Assembly (NCBI GenBank): GCA_963748015.1
Contig: CAVVHE010000008.1
Span: forward strand, 128,001 to 192,000
DNA from: Terriglobia bacterium
Lineage (GTDB): Bacteria; Acidobacteriota; Polarisedimenticolia; Polarisedimenticolales; JAIQFR01
Direction: 5' to 3'
DNA: 64,000 bases
The translations under genes were made by a program, and so were the position numbers. Every line of letters starts with the position of its first letter. Position 1 is the first letter of the stretch. The notes beneath the pieces are model-generated. The model saw nothing but the letters and a program-made list of their open reading frames with translations, had not been told where the DNA came from and ran no database searches. Below are positions 1-8,481 of the stretch, piece by piece.

Positions 1-562
1 CCTCCTCTTCCGCAAGATGATGCGGGAGAGCAAGGACGACGCGACAAGGCTCTCCCTCCTGGGGAGCCATCTCGACCTCCTCAGGAGCACGCTCTTCCGC
101 CAGACGCTCTTCGCCGAGTTCGAGCTCGCGATCCACGAGACCGCGGAGCGCGGCGAGACGCTGACCGGCGAGGGGCTGAGCAAGCTCTACCTGAAGCTCC
201 TCCGCGAGTATTACGGGCACGAGAAGGGAGTCTGCGAGGTCAACGACCGCTACGCGATCGAGTGGGCCTACATCCCGCACTTCTACTGGGATTTCTACGT
301 CTACCAGTACGCCACGAGCCTCGTCGCGTCCATCACGGTCGCCCGCGGGATCCTGGACGAGGCGTCGGCTCCGGGGGCCCCCACGGCCCGGCGCGACGCG
401 TACCTCGCGATGCTGCGCGCCGGCTCGTCCAAGTACCCGATCGAGCTCCTTCGCGATGCCGGGGTGGACATGACGACGTCGGCGCCCTTCGCCGCGGCGA
501 TGAAGGAGATGAACCAGACGATGGACGAGATAGAGGCGATCCTGGCGCGGAAGGGGAAGTAG
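1..562 (+). CDS. pepF: Oligoendopeptidase F (M3B), 3' part only; start lies upstream of the window
   Basis: C-terminal M3B motifs FRQTLFAEFE, EWAYIPHFY..FYVYQYATS, GSSKYPIELL..AGVDM. Confidence 0.9.
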   Translation, partial: LLFRKMMRESKDDATRLSLLGSHLDLLRSTLFRQTLFAEFELAIHETAERGETLTGEGLSKLYLKLLREYYGHEKGVCEVNDRYAIEWAYIPHFYWDFYVYQYATSLVASITVARGILDEASAPGAPTARRDAYLAMLRAGSSKYPIELLRDAGVDMTTSAPFAAAMKEMNQTMDEIEAILARKGK

Positions 563-599
563 TGACGGGGCGCGGAGCGCCGTCACCCCGGAGGATGGC

Positions 600-1778
600 A
601 TGGAAGGGCTGATCTACCTCGACAACGCGGCCACCACGTTCCCCAAGCCGGACGAGATGCACGACGCGATGACCCGGTTCTACCGTCGCTGCGGCGTCAA
701 TCCCGGGCGGACCGGCTGCGACCTGGGCCTCGAGGCCGAGGAGATGGTCCACGCCACCCGGCGGACGCTCTCGGCGCTCTTCAACGGGAGCGCGGCCATC
801 GCGGGGAAGGCGAAGGACCCGAACCGGCTGGTCTTCGCGGCCAACGCGACGCACGCCCTGAACCTCGTGATCAAGGGGACGGTGCGCGACGGGGACCACG
901 TCGTCTCGACCGCGCTCGAGCACAACTCGGTCATCCGCCCGGTCAACCACATGGTGAAGGCCGGGGCTTCGGCGACGTTCGTCCGCCCCGACGCCGAGGG
1001 GTACGTGGACCCGGAGGAGATCCGGAAGGCGATCCGGAAGAACACGAAGCTCGTGATCGTGAACCACGGCTCGAACGTGATCGGCACCGTGCAGGACATC
1101 ACCGCGATCGGGAAGATCTGCGAGGAGGCGGGGACGCTGTTCGCCGTGGACGCCGCGCAGACCGCCGGCGTCGTGCCGATCGACATGGCGGAGAGCCGGA
1201 TCGACTTCGTCTGCTTCACGGGGCACAAGGGGCTGTTCGGGCCGACCGGCACCGGCGGCGTGTGCGTGGCCGACGACGCGCAGGTCGAGCCGACGGTGTG
1301 GGGCGGGACGGGGGTGCGCTCGGCGGAGCCGTACCACCTCGAGGAGTACCCCTACCGCCTGGAGGCCGGCACGCTGAACCTCATGGGGGTAGCGGGGCTG
1401 CACGCCGGCTACGAGTGGATCGAGTCGCGGGGGATGGCCAACCTGCTCCGCCACGAGATGGAGCTCCTGGCCGTCCTCGAGGAAGGGCTCTCCGCGATCC
1501 GCGGCGTGCACCTTCACGGCACCCGGAGGCTAGATCGACGGGTCGCGGTCTGCTCGGTCACCGTGGACGGCTACGACCCCTCGGACGTCGGTACCATCCT
1601 CGACGTGGAGTACCGCGTGCAGACCCGGACCGGGCTGCAGTGCGCGCCCCTCGTCCACGAGCACTTCGGGACGTCGCCGCGCGGAACCGTCCGCTTCTCC
1701 GTCGGCCCGTTCAACACGCGGGAGCACATCGAAACGGCGATCCGGGCGATGGAGCAGATCGCCGCCGACCGGAACTAA
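600..1778 (+). CDS. Cysteine desulfurase family protein (PLP-dependent aminotransferase class V)
   Basis: IYLDNAATT, EHNSV, DAAQTAG, PLP lysine in TGHKG, catalytic-Cys loop RTGLQCAP; GGAGG upstream. Confidence 0.9.
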   Translation: MEGLIYLDNAATTFPKPDEMHDAMTRFYRRCGVNPGRTGCDLGLEAEEMVHATRRTLSALFNGSAAIAGKAKDPNRLVFAANATHALNLVIKGTVRDGDHVVSTALEHNSVIRPVNHMVKAGASATFVRPDAEGYVDPEEIRKAIRKNTKLVIVNHGSNVIGTVQDITAIGKICEEAGTLFAVDAAQTAGVVPIDMAESRIDFVCFTGHKGLFGPTGTGGVCVADDAQVEPTVWGGTGVRSAEPYHLEEYPYRLEAGTLNLMGVAGLHAGYEWIESRGMANLLRHEMELLAVLEEGLSAIRGVHLHGTRRLDRRVAVCSVTVDGYDPSDVGTILDVEYRVQTRTGLQCAPLVHEHFGTSPRGTVRFSVGPFNTREHIETAIRAMEQIAADRN

Positions 1779-1804
1779 CCGACCGCGCTCACGTCATCAA
1801 CGCT

Positions 1805-1893
1805 GGGGTCGGACATTACTGGCGTAACACCTCGCCAACCGGCCGGCGTATCGCTGGTTCGAACGAGGTGTTACGGCTGTAACGTCTGACCCC
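1805..1893. repeat. 89-bp palindromic element, copy 1 (family R1)
   Basis: GGGGTCGGACATTAC..GTAACACCTCG / CGAGGTGTTAC..GTAACGTCTGACCCC arms; 80/89 identical to 2698-2786 by manual alignment. Confidence 0.9.
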
Positions 1894-2851
1894 GGACCTT
1901 ATCCGGTCCGGACCCCGGCCGCGTCACCACCCCGCTCCCCACGATCTCGACCGGCGTCCCGTCCGGAAGGAGGTCGTACAGCTCCCGGATGTCCGGGTTG
2001 AACAGCGCGACGCACCCCGCGGTCCAGTCGTGGTACTCGCGCATCGCGCCCGGATCGGCATCTCCCTCGACGAGATCGGTGCGGGGAGCGCTTCGCTTTC
2101 CGCGAGACGACGGATGGGAGGAGCGCGTCAGAGAGCGCTGCTGGCCGTGGAGCATGAGGAGTCCGCCGAGGCGGGTGTCCTGGGGCGGGCACTCGCCGCG
2201 CTCGAGCGCCCCGGCGATCGCCGCACGCTGCGCCTCGCCGATCCGCTTCTCCTTCTTGCCCCGCTCGGCATCGGAGAGGTTCGGGTAGTTGAGCCAGAGT
2301 CCCCGGTGGTACTTCGACGGCCGGTGGGCGCAGATCGCGTAGTCCCCCTCGGGGGTGCGCTGGTCGCGGCGGCGGATCTTCGTTCCCGTGGACCGCTGGC
2401 TGAGCTGGATCCGGTAGGCCTTGACCATCGTCTCGCCGACCCACAGCTCGCAGCGGCGCGCTTCCTTGATCACCAGGAGGCGCGCTCCCTCGATCTTCCC
2501 GCCGGGACCGACGGGAATCCCCTTGCCGACGAGGACCTCCCGAAGCGGCCTCTCCGGCCCGAAGAGCGCCGGGTCGTACCGCGCGTAAGAGAGTCCCCAC
2601 GGGCCGATGTAGTGTGCGTCGGGGGACGACGCGCGCGCCGGGGCCGCGAGGAGCACGGCAGCGAGGAAGAGCTGCAGGCCGAGAACGCCAAGAAGCTGGG
2701 GTCGGACATTACAGACGTAACACCTCGCCACCCGGCCGGCACGTCGCCGGCTCGAACGAGGTGTTACGGCTGTAATGTCTGACCCCGTACCATTCAACCT
2801 CACGGCTGTAATGTCCGACCCCGTACCCTTCAGAAGGGCGAGATGCCGCAT
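1871..2851 (-). CDS. L,D-transpeptidase (YkuD family), probably exported
   Basis: LLVIKEARRCEL, TPEGDY, LWLNYPN, LMLHG ... DWTAGCVALFN catalytic His/Cys; hydrophobic signal-like segment ending APARA; proposed ATG overlaps the upstream stop (TGATG); start uncertain. Confidence 0.8.
   Translation of the reverse strand: MRHLALLKGTGSDITAVRLNGTGSDITAVTPRSSRRRAGRVARCYVCNVRPQLLGVLGLQLFLAAVLLAAPARASSPDAHYIGPWGLSYARYDPALFGPERPLREVLVGKGIPVGPGGKIEGARLLVIKEARRCELWVGETMVKAYRIQLSQRSTGTKIRRRDQRTPEGDYAICAHRPSKYHRGLWLNYPNLSDAERGKKEKRIGEAQRAAIAGALERGECPPQDTRLGGLLMLHGQQRSLTRSSHPSSRGKRSAPRTDLVEGDADPGAMREYHDWTAGCVALFNPDIRELYDLLPDGTPVEIVGSGVVTRPGSGPDKVRGQTLQP
2698..2827. repeat. 89-bp palindromic element, copy 2 (2698-2786), plus a duplicated right half-arm (2802-2827)
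   Basis: 30-bp arms with 2 mismatches; ACGGCTGTAATGTC(T/C)GACCCCGTACC repeated with a 36-bp period (2766, 2802). Confidence 0.9.
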
Positions 2852-4158
2852 CACTTCCAAACGATCGCGTCGTACACGATCTCGACCACCGAGCGGATCT
2901 CGACGTCGAGCTCGTTCACCCGCGCGAGCTCGATCAGCTGGTCGGCGCAATTGTGGCAGGGGCAGGCGACGACGCGCGCTCCGGTCTCGCGGATCTGCGC
3001 CGCCTTGACGCTTCCGCTCGCCACGCGCCGCTCGCCGTACTCCTCCATCGAGAGCAGCCCGCCGCCCCCGCCGCAGCAGAAGTTGTGCTCCCGGTTCGGC
3101 GTCATCTCGACGAAGCTCGCCACGACCTGCCGAAGAATCGCCCGCTGCGGCTCGACGATGCCGCCCCAGCGCACCAGGTTGCACGGGTCGTGGAGGGTCA
3201 CCGGCAGGGCGTTCCTCGACGGGTCCACGCGGAAACGGCCGGCGGCGAGGTACTCCTCGAGCAGCTCCAGCACGCTCCGGACCCGCACGGGGTAGGGGTG
3301 GCCCAGCCATTCCGGTCCTTCCCAGCGGAACGACCGGAAGCCGTGGCCGCATTCGGAAAGCACGATCTCGGTGGCGCCGAGGCGCTTCGCCTCCTCCAGC
3401 GCGCGCCGGGTCAGCTCGGCGGCCGCCGGGTCGTCCGCGGCGAAGTAGCCGTAGTTCGTGACGTCCGAGGCCCGGCTCGAGAGGGTCCAGCTCTCGCCCG
3501 CCGCGTGAAAGACCCCGGCGGCGGCCTGGAGGGAGAGCGGGAAGAACTTCACCTCGCGAGGGTTTACGAGGTAGAGCACGCGGCTCCCGGCCTCGTCCAC
3601 GCGAACGCGCGCTCTTGGATCGCCGGTCTCCCGGGCCAGCTCTTCGGAGAGCCAGCCGGCGGTCTCGACGATCTCCTCCGGCTTGATGGACATCTGGTTG
3701 CCGTCGCGAAGCTGCGCGTCCACGATGCGGCGCAGCCCGCCGGGGGTGAGACCGGCGGCGGCGAGCACGGTCCTCGCGGCGCGCATGACCGCGCCGACGT
3801 CGAGGCCGACCGTGCAGTGGAGCGCGCACCGGCCGCACCCGGTGCAGCGGCCGAAAACCGCGTCCGTGAGCTCCTCGAGCGTCTCGGTGGTCACGTCCCG
3901 CGCGCGGGAGAGCCACGGAGCGTGCCGCCCGAGGAACGTGCGGCGCCCGCGAATCAACGAGGCGAGCTTCTCCACCTTCGCGGCCGGGAGGTTCGCGGGA
4001 ACGGGCTCCGCGAGGTAGACGTGGCAGCTCTGCCCGCACAGCCCGCACCGGACACACGCCTTCGCGTGCAGCGCGGCGCGCCCTCCCGCTGCGCGGTCGA
4101 GGGCGGCGAGGGCGGCGTCGAGGTCCGCTCGGACCGCGCCGTCAGGAGCGTCGGCCAT
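2851..4158 (-). CDS. DsrK/HmcF/HdrD-like Fe-S oxidoreductase (two ferredoxin-type clusters + CCG domain)
   Basis: CVRCGLCGQSC, CTGCGRCALHC, ECGHG, HDPCN, NFCCGGGGG, CHNC; the N-terminal CCG position is degenerate (TNYG). Confidence 0.8.
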   Translation of the reverse strand: MADAPDGAVRADLDAALAALDRAAGGRAALHAKACVRCGLCGQSCHVYLAEPVPANLPAAKVEKLASLIRGRRTFLGRHAPWLSRARDVTTETLEELTDAVFGRCTGCGRCALHCTVGLDVGAVMRAARTVLAAAGLTPGGLRRIVDAQLRDGNQMSIKPEEIVETAGWLSEELARETGDPRARVRVDEAGSRVLYLVNPREVKFFPLSLQAAAGVFHAAGESWTLSSRASDVTNYGYFAADDPAAAELTRRALEEAKRLGATEIVLSECGHGFRSFRWEGPEWLGHPYPVRVRSVLELLEEYLAAGRFRVDPSRNALPVTLHDPCNLVRWGGIVEPQRAILRQVVASFVEMTPNREHNFCCGGGGGLLSMEEYGERRVASGSVKAAQIRETGARVVACPCHNCADQLIELARVNELDVEIRSVVEIVYDAIVWK

Positions 4159-4783
4159 CGTTCCCTCCGCGGGGCGGGTACACGCCGCGAAGCCCCAGCC
4201 GCGCCGAAAGGTCGGCGCGGGCGAGGTAGAAGAAGACCGCGTGGCGCAGCTTCCCGAGAGGGACGTAGAAGAGGACGAGAGCCGCGACGATCCGCAGGCC
4301 GGCGCCGGGAAGGAGGCCGATCCAGAAGGCGACGGCGGACGCGAGGAGCGCGCCGATCGCCAGGTTCGCGACGTAGTCGTCCGGCGGGCTGATCTCCCTC
4401 AGGTCCGCGCTCGCGACGCGCTTCGCCAGGAGGAACAGCCCCGCGGCCAGCCCCGTCCCGGTCGCCGCCGCCAGTGCGATGCCTCCTGCCGGGAACGCCG
4501 CGGGTGCCGCGAGCATCGACGCCAGGACACTCAGGAAGGACGCCGCGATCCCGAGGTGCAGCAGCACTCCCGCGGCGAACGAGAGAGGGTGCCTCGAGAC
4601 CGACTCCTTCCGCGAGGGGAGCATGGCGCCCGTGAAGCCGTATAGGATCCCGCGCGAAGCGGCGCCGGCCGCGGGGGCGTGAAGCTCGGGGAGGCCGGCG
4701 CGGGCGGCGCGCGCCTGGACCGCGAGCGCTCCCACAGCCCACACGGCCGAAACCGCGAGCAGGATCTCCGAGTACCGCGTCAT
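4142..4783 (-). CDS. NarI/DsrM-like membrane cytochrome b subunit
   Basis: About 5 hydrophobic helices, LLHLG and VPLGKLRHAVFF (PxxKxxH NarI-type ending); overlaps the Fe-S gene. Confidence 0.65.
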   Translation of the reverse strand: MTRYSEILLAVSAVWAVGALAVQARAARAGLPELHAPAAGAASRGILYGFTGAMLPSRKESVSRHPLSFAAGVLLHLGIAASFLSVLASMLAAPAAFPAGGIALAAATGTGLAAGLFLLAKRVASADLREISPPDDYVANLAIGALLASAVAFWIGLLPGAGLRIVAALVLFYVPLGKLRHAVFFYLARADLSARLGLRGVYPPRGGNDGRRS

Positions 4784-4793
4784 GACCGCGGTC

Positions 4794-5102
4794 TTACACG
4801 CAGCCGTCGGGCTTCGGGAGACCCGCGATCCGGCAGGCCCCCTTGGCCGGGCCGGACCGGAACAGCTTGTACATGTCCCGGACGCCGAGGCCGGTCTGCT
4901 GGCACAGGAGGCGCACCGGGGGAGCGAGATCGTGCTCCTTCCAGTACGTCCGTATGAACTTCACGACCGCCCAGTGGGAGTCGCTCATCTCGGCGATCCC
5001 TTCCTCGCGGGCGATCGTCGCCGCCACCGCATCGTTCCACCTCTCCGGCTGCTGCAGGAAGCCGTTGCCGTCGAGAGGGATCTCTTCGTCGCCTACTTTC
5101 AT
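4794..5102 (-). CDS. dsrC: DsrC-family sulfur carrier with two C-terminal cysteines
   Basis: [39 protein letters not shown] (C-X10-C). Confidence 0.85.
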   Translation of the reverse strand: MKVGDEEIPLDGNGFLQQPERWNDAVAATIAREEGIAEMSDSHWAVVKFIRTYWKEHDLAPPVRLLCQQTGLGVRDMYKLFRSGPAKGACRIAGLPKPDGCV

Positions 5103-5239
5103 GTCCGCCGCCCTTTACGCGAGAGTTCGTTGTCAGGGTGCTTCATTGTACGATGGGGCGGCCCGGTGCCGCGAACCGTCCCCCCCGAGCACGTACGCGA
5201 GAGGTTGACGACGCGCCTCACGAGGGCGAGGAGGGATTC

Positions 5240-5677
5240 ATGCTCAAGGAGTTCAAGGAATTCGCGATGAAGGGGAACGTGGTGGACATGGCCGTCGGCA
5301 TCATCATCGGCGCCGCGTTCGGCAAGATCATCTCGTCGATGGTCAGCGACATCCTGATGCCGCCGATCGGTGTGCTGCTGGGAAAGGTGGATTTCTCGAA
5401 CCTGTTCTTCGATCTCTCGGGCCAGGCGCACGCGTCCGTGGCGGCGGCCAAGGCGGCCGGCGCCGCGACGATCAACTACGGCCTGTTCATCAACACCGTG
5501 ATCGACTTCGTGATCGTCGCCTTCGTGATCTTCATGATCGTCAAGCAGATGAACCGGCTCAAGAAGGAAGCCCCTCCGGCGGCGCCCAACACGAAGGACT
5601 GCGCCTACTGCCTCTCCGCGATCCCGCTCAAGGCGACGCGGTGCCCGCACTGCACGTCGGAGATCAAGGCTGCGTAA
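5240..5677 (+). CDS. mscL: Large-conductance mechanosensitive channel with C-terminal zinc ribbon
   Basis: [38 protein letters not shown]; tail CAYC..CPHCTS; RBS GAGGAGG. Confidence 0.95.
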   Translation: MLKEFKEFAMKGNVVDMAVGIIIGAAFGKIISSMVSDILMPPIGVLLGKVDFSNLFFDLSGQAHASVAAAKAAGAATINYGLFINTVIDFVIVAFVIFMIVKQMNRLKKEAPPAAPNTKDCAYCLSAIPLKATRCPHCTSEIKAA

Positions 5678-5751
5678 TCGTGCCCAGGTGATCGACCGCT
5701 AGCGATCTCAAGGCACCGAATACCCACGCGCAATCCCGTCGCCTTCATCGG

Positions 5752-5902
5752 CGGCGCGGTCCGTCCGGGTCTCCTCCTCGGTGCACGCTCGCCCGATCGC
5801 GTTCTTCCGCGCGGGCTCGCTCGGGTTTCGGCGCGCCTGCTCGAGGAAGAGCAGGCGCGCCGAAACACGGCCCCGAGGAGGAGACCCGGACGGACCACGC
5901 CG
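5752..5902. repeat. Structured three-way-junction element, copy A (family R2), between convergent mscL and copA
   Basis: Perfect 24-bp outer arms 5758-5781/5873-5896; 18-bp inner hairpin 5825-5842/5849-5866; conserved GCACGCT and CTCGCTC linkers. Confidence 0.75.
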
Positions 5903-5954
5903 GACCCACGCGCGGATCCTCCCTGAGCCGGTATCCCGGAGGTTCCCAGCCGCG

Positions 5955-8240
5955 TCAGCGCTCGAGGTTCGCGCGGCGAAGGCGCAGGCTGTTGGTCACC
6001 ACCGAAACGCTCGACAGCGCCATCGCCGCGGAGGCGAGCACGGGCGAGAGGAGCCAGCCGGTCCACGGATACAGCACGCCCGCGGCGATCGGGATGCCGA
6101 GGGTGTTGTAGCCGAACGCCCAGAAGAGGTTCTGGCGGATCGTCGCGAGCGCGCGGCGCGAGAGGCGGATCGAGCGGACGACGCCGCGGAGGTCGGCGCC
6201 GACGAGCGTGACGTCGGAAGCGGCGATGGCCACGTCGGTTCCGGTTCCGATGGCGATGCCGAGATCGGCGCTGGCGAGAGCCGGCGCGTCGTTGATCCCG
6301 TCGCCTACCATCGCCACTTTCCGCCCCGCGGACTTGAGCGCCATCACCTCCGCGGCCTTGCGGTCGGGCAGGACCTCCGCGATCACCGTCGCGATGCCGA
6401 CCTCGCGAGCCACGGCCTCGGCCGTCGCCCGGTGGTCTCCCGTGAGCAGGATCACGTCGAGCCCGAGCGACTTCATCTCCGCGATCGCTTCGGCGGCGCC
6501 CTCGCGAACCGGGTCCGCGATGCCGAGGATTCCCACGAGCTTCCCGTCCGCGGCGACCAGGACGGGGGTTCGGCCTCGGGCCGCGAGGTCCGCGGCGTGG
6601 TCGACGAACGCGTCGGGGGCTACCCCTTCCTCGTCGAGGAAACGACGGCTGCCGAGCACGAGGCGCCTCCCCTCGACGCGCGCGACGATCCCGCGTCCCG
6701 GTTTCGCCTCGAAGCCGGAGAACGGAGCGAGCGGAAGGCCTCGACGCCTCGCCTCGTTCACGATCGCTTCGCCGAGAGGGTGCTCCGACCCGGCTTCCGC
6801 GGACGCAGCGAGCCGCAACAGCTCGTCCTCTGAAACGCCTCCCGGCGCGGGTAGCGCGTCGGTCACGGCGGGGGAGCCGACGGTCACCGTGCCGGTCTTG
6901 TCGAGCACGACCGTGTCGATGCCCCCGGCGGCCTCGAGCGCCTCCCCGCCCTTGACCAGGATCCCCGCCTCGGCGCCGCGCCCCGTCGCGACCAGGATCG
7001 CGGTGGGGGTCGCGAGCCCCATCGCGCACGGGCAGGCGATGATGAGCACCGCAACCGCGTTGACCAGCGCCATGGAGAGCCTCGTCGCCTCGGGCGCGGC
7101 GAGGTACCACGCGAGGAACGTCGCGATCGCGACGACGAGCACCGCGGGCACGAACACCGCGCTCACGCGGTCCGCGAGGCGCTGGATCGGCGCTCGCGAC
7201 CCCTGCGCCTCCTCGACCATCCGGATGATCTGCTGCAGGACCGTGTCCTTCCCGACCCGCGTGACGCGGAAGCGGAACGCTCCGGTGCGGTTCATCGTGC
7301 CGCCGGTCACCGCGGCGCCCGGTCCCTTCTCGACCGGGACGCTCTCGCCGGTGAGCATGGACTCGTCGACCCGAGAGCCGCCCTCGATCACCTCGCCGTC
7401 CACCGCGACTCGCTCGCCGGGGCGGACGGCGACCACGTCTCCGACCGCGACGAGGTCCAGGGAGATCTCGACCTCCTCGCCGCCGCGCAGCACGCGGGCG
7501 CTCTTCGCCTGGAGTCGCGCGAGCTTCCGGATCGCCGCCGAGGTGCGGGACCGCGCCCGGGTCTCGAGGAGCTTGCCGAGGAGGACGAGCGCGATGATGC
7601 CGGCGACCGCCTCGTAGTACACCGGCGGGGCGGCGTGTCCCTCGCGTTCCGGAGCGACGAGCCCCGGTGCCAGGGTTGCCGCCAGCGAGTACAGCAGCGC
7701 CGCGCCGGTGCCGAGGGCGATCAGCGTGTTCATGTCCGCGGTGCGGTGGCGGAGGGCCGCCCACGCTCGCGCGTAGTAGGGGCGCCCGCTGTAGAGCACG
7801 ATCGGCAGCGTCAGCGCGAGCTCGATCCAGTTCGCACCGGGCACGCCGAGCGCCCCGTGGGACATCCCGAGGACCAGCACCGGCAGACCCAGTGCCGTGG
7901 CCACCGCGAACCGGCGCCGGGCGTCCCTGGTTTCCCGCGCCCGGGCCGCCGCCTCGGGGTCCGGCGCCTCGCTCGAGGCGTCTTCCGGCGCGGGGAGCAC
8001 CAGCTCGTACCCCGCGTTCTTGACGGAGGCGGCGAGCTGCTCGACGCCTACCGAGCCCGGGTCGAACACCACGGTGGCACGGTTCGTCGCGAGGTTGACG
8101 GTCGCCGAGCGCACGCCGGGGGCCTCCGCGAGCGCGCGCTCCACGTGGCGCACGCACGCGGCGCAGCTCATCCCCAGCACGGGCAGGTCGAGCCGTTTCA
8201 CCGCGCCGGCGCCCGGGTCGTCGCGCGTCCTATAGGTCAT
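5955..8240 (-). CDS. copA: Cu(I)-translocating P1B-type ATPase
   Basis: GMSCAAC metal-binding domain, TGES, CPC, DKTGT, HP, GDGIND, YN and MALSS transmembrane ligands. Confidence 0.92.
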   Translation of the reverse strand: MTYRTRDDPGAGAVKRLDLPVLGMSCAACVRHVERALAEAPGVRSATVNLATNRATVVFDPGSVGVEQLAASVKNAGYELVLPAPEDASSEAPDPEAAARARETRDARRRFAVATALGLPVLVLGMSHGALGVPGANWIELALTLPIVLYSGRPYYARAWAALRHRTADMNTLIALGTGAALLYSLAATLAPGLVAPEREGHAAPPVYYEAVAGIIALVLLGKLLETRARSRTSAAIRKLARLQAKSARVLRGGEEVEISLDLVAVGDVVAVRPGERVAVDGEVIEGGSRVDESMLTGESVPVEKGPGAAVTGGTMNRTGAFRFRVTRVGKDTVLQQIIRMVEEAQGSRAPIQRLADRVSAVFVPAVLVVAIATFLAWYLAAPEATRLSMALVNAVAVLIIACPCAMGLATPTAILVATGRGAEAGILVKGGEALEAAGGIDTVVLDKTGTVTVGSPAVTDALPAPGGVSEDELLRLAASAEAGSEHPLGEAIVNEARRRGLPLAPFSGFEAKPGRGIVARVEGRRLVLGSRRFLDEEGVAPDAFVDHAADLAARGRTPVLVAADGKLVGILGIADPVREGAAEAIAEMKSLGLDVILLTGDHRATAEAVAREVGIATVIAEVLPDRKAAEVMALKSAGRKVAMVGDGINDAPALASADLGIAIGTGTDVAIAASDVTLVGADLRGVVRSIRLSRRALATIRQNLFWAFGYNTLGIPIAAGVLYPWTGWLLSPVLASAAMALSSVSVVTNSLRLRRANLER

Positions 8241-8481
8241 TCGAACCCCATCGCTCGCTTGCAGCATTGCACCCTGCGAGCGGGACGGCAACCGCGGAGA
8301 GGGACAGCCACCGCCGGGCGGAGGGAAAGCAACCTTCCAGGCCGACGATCATTGTTCGCAGGGAGCCGCCTCGCTTCGCTGCTTGCGGTTGCTGTCCCTT
8401 TTCCGCCCGCGGTAGCTGTCCTTCTCCGGCCTCGATACAATGCCGCGCGCCGCCGAGGCGGCACAGAACGAGGAGCTTTCC

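Noticed and set aside
2766..2827. 36-bp-period repeat as a mini-CRISPR array
   Set aside because: Only two units with a 10-bp gap, part of the R1 palindrome, and no cas genes or leader.
1871..4057. The 728-aa ORF as one protein
   Set aside because: Its N-terminal ~400 aa is an out-of-frame shadow of the Fe-S gene; only 1871-2851 at most is plausible.
5599..5660. Zinc ribbon on MscL as a novel fusion
   Set aside because: CxxC..CPxC tails on MscL are common in many bacteria.
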